DNA of 64,000 nt from positions 4,590,001-4,654,000 of the forward strand of contig CM075999.1 in NCBI GenBank assembly GCA_038087875.1, in the 5' to 3' direction. The notes beneath the pieces were generated by a model that saw only the letters and a program-made list of their open reading frames with translations, was not told the origin of the DNA and made no database searches. This DNA comes from Malacoraja senta. Lineage: Eukaryota. The position numbers and the translations under genes are program-made. Below are positions 51,045-64,000 of the stretch, one piece after another (position 1 is the stretch's first letter; each line of letters opens with the position of its first letter).

Positions 51045-53240
51045 AGAGTCAGAGTGATACAGTGTGGAAACGGGCCCTTCGGCCCAACTTGCCCACACCA
51101 GCCAACCATGTCCGAGCTACACTAGTCCCACCTGACTCCATAGCCCTCCAAACCTGTCCTATCCATGGACTTGTCCAACTGTTTCTTAAACGATGGAATA
51201 TTCCCAGCCTCAACTACCTCCTCTGGCAGCTTGTTCCATACACCCACCACCCTTTGTGCGAAAAAGTTACCCCTCAGATTCCTATTAAATCTTTTCCCCT
51301 TCACTTTGAAAAGTCCTCTGGTCCTCAATTCCCCGACTCCGGGCAAGGGTGCGCATCTACCTGATCTAATCCCCTCATGATTTTGTACACTCCATAAGAT
51401 CACCCCATATCCTCCAGCGCTCCAAGGAATAGAGACCCAGCCTACTCAACCTCTCCATATAGCTCACACCCTCTGGTCCTTGCAACATCCTCGTAAATCT
51501 TTTCTGAACCTTTTCAAGCTTGACAATATCTTTCCTATAACATGGTGCCCAGAACTGAACACAATATTCTAAATGCGGTCTCACCAACGTCTTGTACAAC
51601 GGCAACATGACCTCCCAACTTCTATACTCAATACTCTGACGGATGAAAACCAATGTGCCAAAAGCCTTTTTGACCACCTTACCTACCTGCGACTCGACCT
51701 TGAAGAAACTATGCACCTGTACTCCTAGATCCCTCTGCTCTACGGTACTCCCCAGAGGCCTACAATTTACTGTGTATGTCCTGCCCTTGTTAGATGTCCA
51801 AAAATGCAACACCTCACACTTCTCTATAAAATTCCATCAGCCATTCCTCCGCCCACCTGGCCAATCGATCCAGATACTGCTGCAATCTTTCACAACCATC
51901 TTCACTATCTGCAAAACAACTCACTTTTGTATCATCAGCAAATTAACTAATCTTGCTCTGTATGTTCTCATCCAAATCACTGATGTAGATGACAAACAGT
52001 AACATGCCCAGCACCAAACCCTATGGCACACCACCAGTCACACGCCTCCAGTCCGAGAAGCAACCTTCCACCATCACCCTCTGCTTCCTTCTATGGAGCC
52101 AATTTGCTATCCATTCAGCAACCTCTCCTTGGATACCATGCGACCTAACCTTACAGAGCAGCCTACCATACGGAACCTTGTCAAATGCCTTACTGAAATC
52201 CATGTACACAACATCTACAGCTCCGCCCTCATCGACTTTTTTGGTCACGTCTTCAAAAAAATCGATCAGATTTGAGAGAGACGACCTACCACGTACAAAA
52301 CCATGCTGACTATCCCTAATCAGTCCTTGCCCATCCAAATGCCTGTATAACCTATCCCTCAGAATACTCTCTAGTAACTTTCCAACTACAGATGTTAAGC
52401 TCACCAGCCTATAGTTCCCAGCATATGCCCTGCAGCCCTTTTTGAAAAGAGGCACAACATTTGCCACCCTCCAGTCTTCCGCACCTCTCCTGTATTTAAG
52501 GACGACTCGTAAATTTCATCCAGGGCTCCCGCAATTTCCTCTCTAGTTTCCCGCAATGTCCACGGATATCTGATGTCTATCTTCAAACACGACAGTACCT
52601 TCATTACTTCTTCGACAGTAACCCCGACTGCTCTCAAGACACTTCATTGGCTGCTCCAATTTTCTCCGTAAATAGAGGAGAAAATTGGAGCATTGAGGAC
52701 CTTGCCCATCTCCTGTGGCTCCACACAGAGGTGACCGCTTTGATTCCTGAGAGGTCCCCCTCCGTCGAAAGTTACCCTTTTCCCCCTTATGTATTTATAA
52801 AATCTTTTGGGATTTTCCTTAATGCTACTCACCAGAGCCATCTCCTGGCCCCTTTTTGCCCTTCTGATCTTTTTCAGTTTACTCCTTAGTTCCCGAAACT
52901 CCTCCAGGAATGCATTTGATCCCAGTTGCCTATACCTGTCCCATGCATCATTCTTGTTTTTGACCAATGCCTCAATTTCCCTCGTGAGCCAAGCTTCTTT
53001 AAATTTGCCTGCTTTGCCCTTCACTCTAATGGGAATGTACATATCCTGAGCTTTGTCAGCACTTTTAAAAACATCCCACTTGGCTGATCATCTTTTCCCC
53101 TCAAATAACCTGCTCCAGTCAACTTGAGCGAGACCTTCTCTCATACCCTCAAAGTTGGCCTTACCCCAGTTGAGCATTTTAACATGTGGACCCTCTCCGT
53201 CCCTATCCATAACTATCTTAAACCCAATCGAACTGTGGTT
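51045..53240 (-). mobile_element. Decayed CR1 ORF2 (linker, RT, 3' tail)
   Basis: IKENPKRFYKYIRGKR, ANVVPLFKKG, YMDFSKAFDKV and VRPHLEYCVQFWAP; several stops and frameshifts. Confidence 0.85.
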
Positions 53241-53675
53241 TCTGGTCCCAAAAGGTGCTGGCTCGAAGAGCCGAATGGTCTACTCCTGCACCTATTGTCT
53301 ACACAAACACTTAATTAAATTGCCCTTCCCAATTTCCCCAATACCAGATCCAGTGTTGCCCTCTCACTTGTGGGGGCCTCTACATACTGTTTAAAAAAAC
53401 TCTCCTGAACACTTTTGAGGAATTGCACCCCATTTAAACGCTTCGCACTATTTACCTAGTCAATATTGGGAAGGTTAAAATCCACTACTACAACAAGTTT
53501 ATTTGACCTGCAGCTGTCAGCAATCTGCTGTTCTATGTTCTAAACTCCATCTGCCAATTCGCCGCCCATATCTACAACTGATCTATCCATCTTTTGACAT
53601 CCTTCACTGTCTGCAACTCCACAAATTTTGGTGTTGTTTGCAAATTTTCTAACCATGCCATCTACGTAAAAATCC

Positions 53676-54292
53676 AAAGATAGACACAAAAAGCTGGAGT
53701 AACTCGGGTCAGGTAGCATCTCTAGAGAAAAGGAATGGTGGACATTTCCAGTCAAGACCCTTCTTCAGACTGGGAGTCAGGGAAAAGAGAAACGATAGAT
53801 AGACAGTGATACAGAGATATGGGATGAATGAATGAAAGATATGCAAAAAAGTAACAATGATCAAGGAAACAGTCCATTGTTGGCTGTGGGCTAGGTGATA
53901 ACGAGTTATATAGACAATGAAACTCAACAAGATGACAGTGAAAGTAGTACAACTAGGATGGAGGAGGAATGGTGAGAGAGGGGTGCAAGGGTTACTTGAA
54001 GGTAGAGAAATCAATATTCATACCTCTGGTTTGTCGCCCTGCTGAGTTTCATTATCTACATAACTCGTTATCACCTTGGCCACAGCCAACAATGGACCTT
54101 GATCATCTTTTATTTGCATTTCTTTAATTCATTTAACCTATATATCTCCTTTTCCCCCAGCTCTCAGTCTGAAGAGTCTCGATCTGAAACGACATCTATT
54201 CCTTTTCTCCAGAGATGCTGCTTGACCCGCTGAGTTACTCCAGTTTTTTTGTGTCCATCTTTGGTTTAAACCAGCATCAGCAGTTCCTTAAT
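53676..54292. mobile_element. Penelope 3' ends in inverted arrangement
   Basis: Minus copy ~53676-54030 and plus copy ~54050-54292, each ending in a hammerhead-like block (53741-53770; 54166-54195) and the gagttactccagc tail. Confidence 0.75.
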
Positions 54293-54715
54293 ACATATAC
54301 ATCCAAGTCTTTTATGCAATATCACAAGTGACAAGAGGTCCCAGCACAGATCTCTCCGGTACACCGACCTACAATGTAATGGCTTGATTGTAATCATGAA
54401 CTGGATTTCAACTGACTGGACAGCACTTAACAAAAAACATTCAATGTACCCCAGTACACGTGGCAATTAACTAAACTGAAAGCCAGAAGAATACCATTCC
54501 ACCAGTTCCGAATCCAAACTACCAAGTCACCATAGATCCCATGCATCTCACCACAGAGGCCTGTGACTGGTGGTGTGCCATAGGGTTTGGTGCTGGGCAC
54601 GTTACTGTTTGTCATCTACATCAATGATTTGGATGAGAACATACAGAGCAAGATTAGTAAGTTTGCTGATGATACAAAAGTGAGTTGTTTTGCAGATAGT
54701 GAAGATGGTTGTGAA

Positions 54716-54872
54716 CGCTGGCGCTGCTCTCTCTCCGAATTGTGTATTGTTGCTGTACATGTTGTTTTTGTTTCATGCTTGTGTTAATTGTAAGGTGTCA
54801 TGCTTGTTTTAATTGTAAGGTGTCCTTGAGAGTTCTGAAAGGCGCCCTATAATAAAATGTATTATTATTATT
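54716..54872 (+). mobile_element. L2-type 3' tail
   Basis: gtaaggtgtccttgagagttctgaaaggcgccctataataaaatg(tat)n. Confidence 0.55.
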
Positions 54873-54989
54873 GGAAGAAGCAATGCTGATTGTTGCTAAT
54901 CATTCCATTCTGTTCCAAATGAGAGTAAATCCTATCTCAAAAATCCTCTCATGTGGCTTCCGTACTACTGATGTGAATATAATTCCCTG

Positions 54990-55460
54990 AATTCCGCTGA
55001 GATCGCAGGTGAACATCGCGGAGCTGCGGGAGCTGCTGAACTTTAACATCGGGAGCCTGGGATCTCTCGCTGAGATCACCAGTGGTGGAGCTCCATCCAG
55101 CGCGGCCTGCCGGCTTCGGAAGCCGCGGTCTCCAGTAAGGAAGCGGACGTTCCAGGTGTCCCAAGCCGCTGAGAGGGTTCTCCCGACGCCGGAGCACCAT
55201 CACCCGGCGAGAGGGCCTGAAACATCGGGCTGCCGTAGCGCCGACTGCAGAGGCCTCAATAGGCCCGACTATGGGTGGACAAGGGGATGGGGACTGGACT
55301 TTGTGCCTTCCCTCACAGTGGGAACCATTGTGGGGGGATGTTTTTATGTTTATTGTTAAATTCTTTAATGTTGAGTCTTATCTTTATTTGTGTGCTGCAT
55401 GGCAAGTCAAATTTCACTACACCAAATGGTGTATGTGATAATAAATGTCCTTTGTATTCT
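54990..55460 (+). mobile_element. 5'-truncated GC-rich Rex-tailed retroposon
   Basis: CpG-rich body, gccttccctcacagtggg block, tail aatttcac-tacacc-aaat-ggtgta-tgtgataataaa. Confidence 0.55.
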
Positions 55461-57288
55461 TTCTTCTTGCCTTCTTAAACAAAGGAACAACATTGGCTAT
55501 TCCCCAGCATTTCAGGACCTTGCCTGTGGCTAGCGGGGATACAAAGATCTTCGTCAAGGCTGCTGCAATTTCTTGTCTTATCTCTCAATAACGTGATAGA
55601 TCCCAACTGGCCCTGTTGATTTATCCTTCTTAATGCTTTTCAAGAGACTTCTCACCACAACCTTCTTGATCGCAAATTGCCCTAGCATATAAGTATACTT
55701 CACACTAATTGCATTGTCCTCTATGTCCTTTTTGTTGGTGAATACATATGCAAAATACTTTTGTACCTCGTCTACAATCTCCGACTCTAAGCATAAATTT
55801 CCTCCTTTATCCGAGTGGTCCTTTCTCCATAACTACTGTTATTTTTTAAATGAATGTACAAAAGGTAATTGTACTTTATTTCATCTCACTTGCCAATGAC
55901 ATTTCATTGCCTTTTGGCCTTTATTATTGCCAGCTTGAGTTTTTTCCTGTTTGCTTTATGTTCCTCAAAGACTATCCGATTTCATCTTCCTAAACTTTGT
56001 ACATGCTTCCATTTTCTTTTTAAATTTGCAACTCCTCTCTTCATCCAAGGTTCCCTTCCCTTGCATCCTTATCCCTTCTCCTTAAGGGAACATGCTCATC
56101 CTGAACTTTGATCAACTCGTCTTTCAATGACTCCTGCATCTGATGTGGCTTGCCCATAACAGCTGCTTCCAATTTACTTTCCCAAACTCCTGCCTAATAA
56201 TGTTGTAATCTGCCTTATACCAATTTAGCGCCTTTCTCCAAGGTCCAGAATTATCCTTATTCATAACTATCTTAAAACCAACGGAGTTGTGATCACTGCT
56301 GCTAAAATGCTGTCCCACTGAAATACCAGCTATCTGGCCAGTCTTGTTTCCCCAATACTAAGTCCTGTATAGTCCCTCCTCTCACTGGACTATCAAGATA
56401 CTATTTCAAGAAACATTCGACAAGTTTCTTCAAACAACCTCTGATACTTTCTCTAATCCTGAAGTAGCTGCTCCTACTCTGCATTTGCCTAATCCATTCT
56501 AATGATATTGAGGGGGGAAAAAATCACCTTTTCCCAAATCAAAAACTTAATTTCTGGACTATTTCTTTCCTTTTCCATAACTACCTTGACACTTAACAAT
56601 GAAGGTCCATCCCCCACATTGATTAATAATGAAATGGGCCCTCCTCTCTTTCACCCAAAACTTCTACACCTCAAAATGTTCTGCAATATCATCATCTACA
56701 TCCCTGATTTATATAATTACAACTTCCTTCTCTTTAGTAAATACACAAGCAAACTACACATTTAAGACTTCACTAACACGCCCCTATTCTTCCCTTGGTT
56801 ACCTCTTATCCTTAATATATTGGGAAAAAAATGCTTTGGGTTTTCTCTAATCCCGTCTATCAGTAAAATTTAGTGCCCTCTTTGCCATTAGAATTCTTAA
56901 AGTATTTCCCTATATTCTCCTTAGTCATCTGTTTTCACTTCTCTACATCTGCCATACACTTTCTTGATCGATTCTATATCCAAGCTTCTATCTCCAGTGA
57001 CATTTACTTCCTTGGACTCGCTGATGTTACCTTTCTCCATCTGGGGATCAAGTTGGCTTCGGACTATCACTATTACATTTTGGAATGATTCCTATTAATT
57101 TGATGTAGAAAAACCAGCAAGCAGATGTTCCCGATTTATTTTTGCCACACCCTGTCTTGTGATGTTGAAAGGGGCTTTCCCCTTATTTTCTTGCCATTAT
57201 CACCAAAATGTTCTCCCACTGACATTTCAACCACCTGCCAGCTAGATTTCTAATACTGCCCCTTGATTAAAAACTGCATGCTACTTAC

Positions 57289-57372
57289 CTCTTTCACAAC
57301 GGCAATAATAAAACGACGCGCCAATACAATAGTAATGAGGATTAATAAATTGTGATCAATCAGATGGAAATT
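57289..57372 (-). CDS. TMEM39B: TMEM39B coding exon (exon 4 equivalent, 84 bp)
   Basis: ttatag|AAT...GAG|gtaagt; NFHLIDHNLLILITIVLARRFIIAVVKE. Confidence 0.93.
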
Positions 57373-60300
57373 CTATAATGGAAAAGAAACAGTTCAGCCA
57401 AGGCTAATATTCTGGAACAGCGAATTGTTAAACTGAACAGACGTTTAATCAAATCTAATATTGGACTCTATATGTCCAATTAGTTAAATGATCATTGATA
57501 AAATGTTACAGAATAAAATTATTTTTTTTAAACAACCAAAGAACCGCACACACTTTACAGTGACAAATGTCCCCACTAGGAGATAATTTTAAACATTTTC
57601 ACATATAACTTCTAACAATATCAACAACCTACTACCCAAATGTTATGGAAACATTATGGAAATTTATATAGACATAGTTCTTTTCACAATCAGTCATAGA
57701 AACATAGAAAATAGATGCAAGAGTAGGCCATTCAAGCCAGCACCATCATTCAATATGATCATGGCTGATCATCCAAAATCAGTACCCCATTCCTGCTTTC
57801 TCCCCATATCCCTCAATTCCATTAGCCCCAAGAGCTATATCTAACTCACTCTTGAAAACATCCAGTGAATTGGGAGTTTGGAGCGTCGAGTAGCTCCTCT
57901 TTATTTGTGCACAAAACATTCTCTGCCTCAGAGTGCGGTGGAGGTCGGTTCGGTGGAGGCCGGTTTCAACAGAGCTAGATAGGGCACTTAAAGATAGCGG
58001 AGTAAGGGGATATGGGGAGAAGGCAGGAACGGAGTACTGATCAGCCATGATCACATTGAATGGCGGTGCGAAGGGCCAAATGGCCTACTCCTGTTCCTAT
58101 TGTCTATTGATCTTCCCTTTGACTGAATTCTCCAACAAGAAAGTTTGTTTCTTTTTAAGACCCCAACTGTACTTTTAATGACAGATTGCTCCTCCTCCCC
58201 CCCCCCCCCCACCCCTTATCTCTAATGGGTCTTATGTTTCACTAAATTTGTAACCCCTGGCTTTTTACCCTTGTAGGAACATGCTATTCTTGATGTAACC
58301 CGTACTAATCAAGAATCTGTCAATCTCTGCCTTAAAAATACCCACAATGATTCACAGCCGCCTGTGGCAATGAACTCCACATACTCATCACATTCTGACT
58401 AAAAGAATTGCTCATCTCTTTCTAAAGGGAAGTCCTTTTATTCTGAGGCTATGCCCTGTGGTCCTAGATAGTGGAAACATCCTCTCCACATCCACTCTAT
58501 CCAGGCCTTTCATTATTCGTTAAATTTCAATGAGGTCTCCCCTCATCTTTGTAAACTCCAGCAAGTTCAGGCCCAGTGCCCTCAAACGCGCATTATACAT
58601 TAACCTAATCATTCCGGGGATGTTCACCACCCCTCTTCACACAGTGGTCCCAATTTTGCCCGACCTTAGACACTTATCCTTTCTTAAACTTTTTGTTCTA
58701 TTCGTTCTGGAGACTTCAGTAACTTATCCTGCACTCTCCTTCCCTTTAACTTCATCCATACATTTCCAATTTGTTGACCTTCACCCCCCCCCCCCCCATT
58801 ATTTAGTTTAAAACCCTATCTATGACCCTTGTTATGCAGTTTTTCAGGATCCTAATCCCAGCCCAGTTCAAATGCAGTCCGTCCCATCGGAACAGCTCCC
58901 TCATTCCGCAATATTGGTGCCAACGCCCCACAAATTCAAATCCACTTCTCTCACATTCCTTTAATCTGCTTCACCCTATGCCAAAGATATACATAAAATG
59001 CTGGAGTAACTCAGCAGGACGGGCAGCAACTCTGGAGAGAAGGGGGGGGGGAGATAGATCAGGAAGTGTGACGGTGTGAACACGGCAAAGGGAATGGGGA
59101 TCAAGGAAAATGTAGAATAGATCATTGTTGGCTGGGAGAAGGTAACAACAAAGGAAACAGAGATAAAATGTAGTCAGAGACAGTAAGACTGGTCAGAGAA
59201 CTTGCCCTCTATCTCTCCCCATCTCTCCCCCTTCCCAGTTCTACGACAAGCCTGTCCCCGCTGAGTTACTCCAGCATTTTGTGTTTATCTTTGGTTTAAA
59301 CCAGCAACTGCTGTTCCTTCATACACATTCGATACCCAGGAGGGAAGTATGATCTGCCAAATCATAAAACACAAAATACATGAACATGAAATTAAAGAAT
59401 GACCTTATGCCGATTTGCTAGTGGCTCAGCCAGCAATCTAGAGATTATTACCCTATTGGTAGGACATGAAACCATGGAGAGGTATCTTATATGTTCTGAT
59501 AAGATCACCTCCCATTTTTCTAAACTACAAATAACTCAAACCCAACTTCTTCAGCTAGTTCTGATTAGACTATGCCTCATCCTAACTATTTGTTTGGTGA
59601 GCCTTGTTTGGATTGCTTTCAATGCCAATATATCCTTTCTTAAATAATTCCAATAAACATTAAAAACAAATGGTCCCAGCATTTGCCCCTGGTGAACAAC
59701 ATTATCAACCATCCTTCAGTGTGAAATAATAATGTTTAGAGTCTTTGCTTTCTACCTTTAAGCCTTTTTCCTGTCCATATGGCTATGAGATTAATTCTAT
59801 GACTTCAATTCACTAATCAACTCGTGACATTTATCAAATACTATCAGGTACCATAATAACAATTAAGACATTTGGACAGGTACAAGGATAGGATAGGTTT
59901 AACGTGTTATGGGCCAAGTACGGGCAGGTGGGACTAGTGTAAATGGGGCATATTGATCAGCGTGGGCAAGTTGGTCAGAAGACCCGTTTTCATACTGTAT
60001 GACTTTGTGACTCTAAATACACACTTATTACATTGCCTTCATTAACCTACTGTTACCACATCAAACAATTTAAGTCCAAAAAGATTAGCTTTTAACAAAT
60101 CCACCCTGTCTCTTTCTCAATTCAAAGGCTTCCAGCTGTTATTAAGGTTTTCCCTGAAGCCCTGTGCTCCAGGCTCAGAATTGCCCCCCAACAGAGCACA
60201 ATAGGAGCAGTGGACATGATCGCAACATTTGTTGTTCTAGATAGACAATATAGTAGTTAAAGATATTGCTAGAACAACGTTATGAATTTCAAAGCAGAAT

Positions 60301-60426
60301 ACATATTAATGGAATTACATTTTCCTTTCTAGGATGTGCTTAAACATGAATGGCCCATTAGGTATTTGGAATTTATCAATGCATTTGATATGAAGAACTC
60401 AAATAAATTATCATATATAAATGTCA

Positions 60427-60747
<321 letters not shown>

Positions 60748-61394
60748 TTATCCATTTATGAGAAATGAAAGAAATCACACAATTACTTAATCAAACATTA
60801 TTTTTCACTTCTCACAGTAAATTAGTATATTTTCCCTCCTCACCCAGCTTTACTAGTACAGGAACAAAAAACAAGCTGCAGGAGAAAATCAGCAGATCAG
60901 ATGGCATCTGTAGAGGGAAAGGATCTTACATTAGGACTCACTGCAGGAAACCATATGAATACAAAATATAAATATATAAATGACGTGTTGGGAGGGGCAC
61001 AGATATTTACTGCATTAAATCATTTAATAATTCTTTCACAGGAGTAGTTGATCCTTGTGCTGCTGTTCAGCAGAAAACCCACAGCAAAATTCAATCTTTC
61101 AGAATTAGTTATTTAGTCCCAGAAATCATAGTTCTAAGTACACAGCCTAGATTGCTTGAAACATGATGACAGCGTAGGTCTTTCAGGTGGTGAGTTCCAC
61201 ATCCCAACTACTCTTTAGATGGTGTATTTTAACCTGACCACCTCTTCAATCCTTTTACCAGCTACTGTAAATCTCGATGTTCTGATAATTGAATGAAAGG
61301 AACCATTTGCTCCTATCATCTCAGACACTCAATTTTAAATGGCTTAACCTTCCCCCAGCCTCCAATGATTTAAAGATAACCACAGCTCATCTAA

Positions 61395-61652
61395 AATGTT
61401 GTAAGAAGGAATTGCAGATGCTGGTTTAAACCAAAGAAAGACACAAAATTCTGGAGTAACTCAGCGGGACAAGCAGCATGTCTGGAAAGAAGGAATGAGT
61501 GATGTTTCAGGTCGAGACCCTTCTCCAGACTGAAGTTACAGGTCGACAGTTCCGGGTGACGAAGAAGGATCTTGACCCGAAACGTCACCCATTCCTGCAA
61601 TCCAGAGATGCTGCTTGTCCCGCTGAGTTACTCCAGCATTTTGTGTCTATAT
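61395..61652. mobile_element. Inverted pair of PLE-derived hammerhead-type units
   Basis: Minus unit ~61400-61535 and plus unit ~61560-61650 diverge from a short spacer; both catalytic cores are mutated. Confidence 0.7.
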
Positions 61653-62629
61653 CACCCAACCTTTTTTCAGAGCAACAATTTCAAGCTCAAACAAGCTTGT
61701 AAATCTTATCCAAATACTCCCCAATACAATCGTGATGTCTTTTCTGTATCATAGAGTCCGAGCCATGCAGCACAGAAACAGACTGTTTGGCTGACGATGT
61801 CCACATTAAAAGTTGCACATAACCATACCAAAACTATTTGTCCATATTAAGTTCAGTTCATTTTGACCAGCTGATCAAGTAGGCAGAGGATTGGCAAACA
61901 AAGTCCAATTCAGATAAATGCGCAGTATTGCTTTTTGGGAAGTCAAACCAGGGCAGGATCTACACAGTGAATGTTAGGATCCTGGAAAGTGTTGTAGAGC
62001 AGATAGATCTTGCAATACTAGTACACAGTTATCTGAAAGTGGCAGCAGTTATCTGAAGTGGATAGTTAAGACGACGTTTGACATGTTGCCCTTTATCAGT
62101 CAGGGAATTGAGTACAGAACTTGGGAAGTTATGTTCTAGGAAGGAACTGCAGATGCTGGTTTAAACTGAAGATAGGAACAAAAAGTTGGAGGAATTCAGC
62201 AGGTCAGACAGCATCTCTGGAGAAAAAGAACAGATGACGTTTCGTGTCAAGACCCTTCTTTAGACTGCGAGTCAGGGAATTCTCTCTCAGGGGACTCCAT
62301 TGGTTCTCAGTCTGAAGAAGTTATGTTATAGTTGTACAAAAGATTGGTGAGACATTTGGAGCATGGTATTCAGTTCTAGTCACCCAATATAGGAAAAATG
62401 CCAATATTTGGGGAGACTGCAGAAAAGATTTACGAGGATGTTGCCAGGGCCCAGAACCTAAGCCGCAGGGAGAGGTTAGGCAGGTGAGGACATTATTCCT
62501 TGTAGTTCAGAAGGGGATGATGTGCAGAAATACATAAAATCATGAGGTTAATAGATAAGGTCAATGTTTAGTTTAGAGATATATATCATGGAAAGAGTCT
62601 TCGGCCAACCAAGTCCACAATGACCATTC

Positions 62630-62877
62630 ATCATCCGTTCACACTAGTTCTATGCTATCCCATCTTCTCATCCAGTCCTTACAAACTAGGGGCAATTTAC
62701 AGAGCCCCAAGTCATCCACAAACCCACTTGCCTTTGGGATGAGAGAGGAAACTAGAGCACCCAGAAGAAATCCACATGGCCACAGGTTGAACATTCACAC
62801 TCCACATCCAGGGTTAGGATTGAACCCAGGTCTCTGATACTATGAGGCAGCAGCTTCACCAACTGCACTGCTGTACC
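62630..62877 (-). mobile_element. tRNA-derived V-SINE (HE1-like)
   Basis: Minus strand ggtacagcagtgcagttggtg...gacctgggttcaatcc (A/B-box-like), then V-domain-like tgtggatttcttctgggtgctctagtttcctctctcatcccaaag. A shorter fragment lies at ~10060-10145. Confidence 0.7.
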
Positions 62878-63236
62878 TTTTTCCTAGGGTACTGAATTCA
62901 AGAACTAGAGGACACGGGTTTAAGGTAGGAGGGCAGATTTAATAAGAATCTGAGGGGCAACCTGTTCACACAAAGGATTGGGAGGTGGGGGAAGGAAATG
63001 GAACGAGATGCCAGAGGAAGTGATTGAAGCAGGTACAATAACAACATTTACAATATATTTGTACGGGTACATGGATAGCAAAAGTTTAGAGGGATACAAG
63101 CCAAATGCAGCAAACAGCACTAGCTAAGATGGGGTGCCTTGGTCAACATGGACAAAATGAACAGAAGAACCCGTTTCCATGCTCTGTCTCTACATCCAAG
63201 CACTGATCCCTATGGAACATCATTGATACAGACCTT

Positions 63237-64000
63237 CATATAACCATATAACAATTACAGCATGGAAACAGGCCATCTCGGCCCTTCAAGTCCATGCCGA
63301 ACACTTTTTCTCCCCTAGTCCCATCTACCTGCACTCAGACCATAACCCTCCATTCCTTTCTCGTCCATATATGCATCCAATCTATTTTTAAATGATAAAA
63401 TCAAACCTGCCTCCACCACTTCCACTGGAAGCTCATTCCACACAGCTACCACTCTCTGAGTAAAGAAGTCCCCCCTAATGTTACCCCTAAACTTCTGTCC
63501 CTTAATTCTCAAGTCATGTCCTCTGGTTTGAATCTTCCCTACTCTCAATGGGAAAAGCTTATCCACGTCAACTCTGTCTATCACTCTCATCATTTTAAAG
63601 ACCTCTATCAAGTCCCCCCTTAACCTTCTGCGCTCCAAAGAATAAAGACCTAACTTGTTCAGCCTTTCTCTGTAATTTAGATGCTGAAACCCAGGCAACA
63701 TTCTCATAAATCTCCTCAGTACTCTCTATTTTGTTGACATCCTTCCTATAATTAGGCGACCAAAATTGTACTCCATACTCAGAATTGGCCTCACCAATGC
63801 CTTGTACAATTTTAACATCACATCCCAACTTCTATAGTCAATGCTCTGATTTATAAAGGCCAGCACACCAAAAGCTTTCTTTACCACCCTATCTACACGA
63901 GATTCCACCTTCAGGGAACTATGCACAGTTATTCCTAGATCCCTCTGTTCAACTGCATTCCTCAATTCGCTACCATTTACCATGTACGTCCTATTTTGAT
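63237..64000 (-). mobile_element. Young CR1 3' end, same subfamily as 42762-44220; continues past the right edge
   Basis: Near-identical peptides VNGSELRNAVEQRDLG...GLYSLERRRLRGDL...GMEGYGLSAGRWD and the same ttatatggttatat tail. Confidence 0.9.

Overview
This is vertebrate genomic DNA, most likely a cartilaginous fish (skate/ray-like). That call rests on the repeat content: CR1, Rex1/Babar, Penelope, an HE1/V-SINE, a Deu-domain SINE and Tc1. Two host genes lie in tandem on the minus strand. TMEM39B contributes seven coding exons (equivalent to exons 3-9, 60667 down to the stop at 27685); its 5' exons are beyond the right edge. About 5 kb downstream is KPNA6 (importin alpha-7), with a CpG-rich promoter, exon 1 ending ATG-G|GTGAGT at 22707-22710 and exon 2 at 3368-3501; the gene continues off the left edge. 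All splice sites and phases were read from the sequence and join in frame. The introns are packed with nested retroelements. The most interesting non-genic signals are: (1) a dispersed family of ~90-200 bp Penelope-derived inserts, several with target-site duplications (TSDs), carrying a minimal hammerhead-ribozyme core with a covarying stem II; (2) a 2.5 kb G-rich minisatellite in KPNA6 intron 1 that resembles the exon 1/donor junction, with extra ATGG|GTGAGT copies; (3) an intact CR1 ORF1 preceded by tandem 78-bp 5' monomers; (4) GC-rich non-coding retroposons with a Rex1-type 3' hairpin tail; (5) two inverted Tc1 copies bracketing the last TMEM39B exon. Repeat boundaries are approximate unless a TSD is quoted, and family names come from motif recognition, not database searches.
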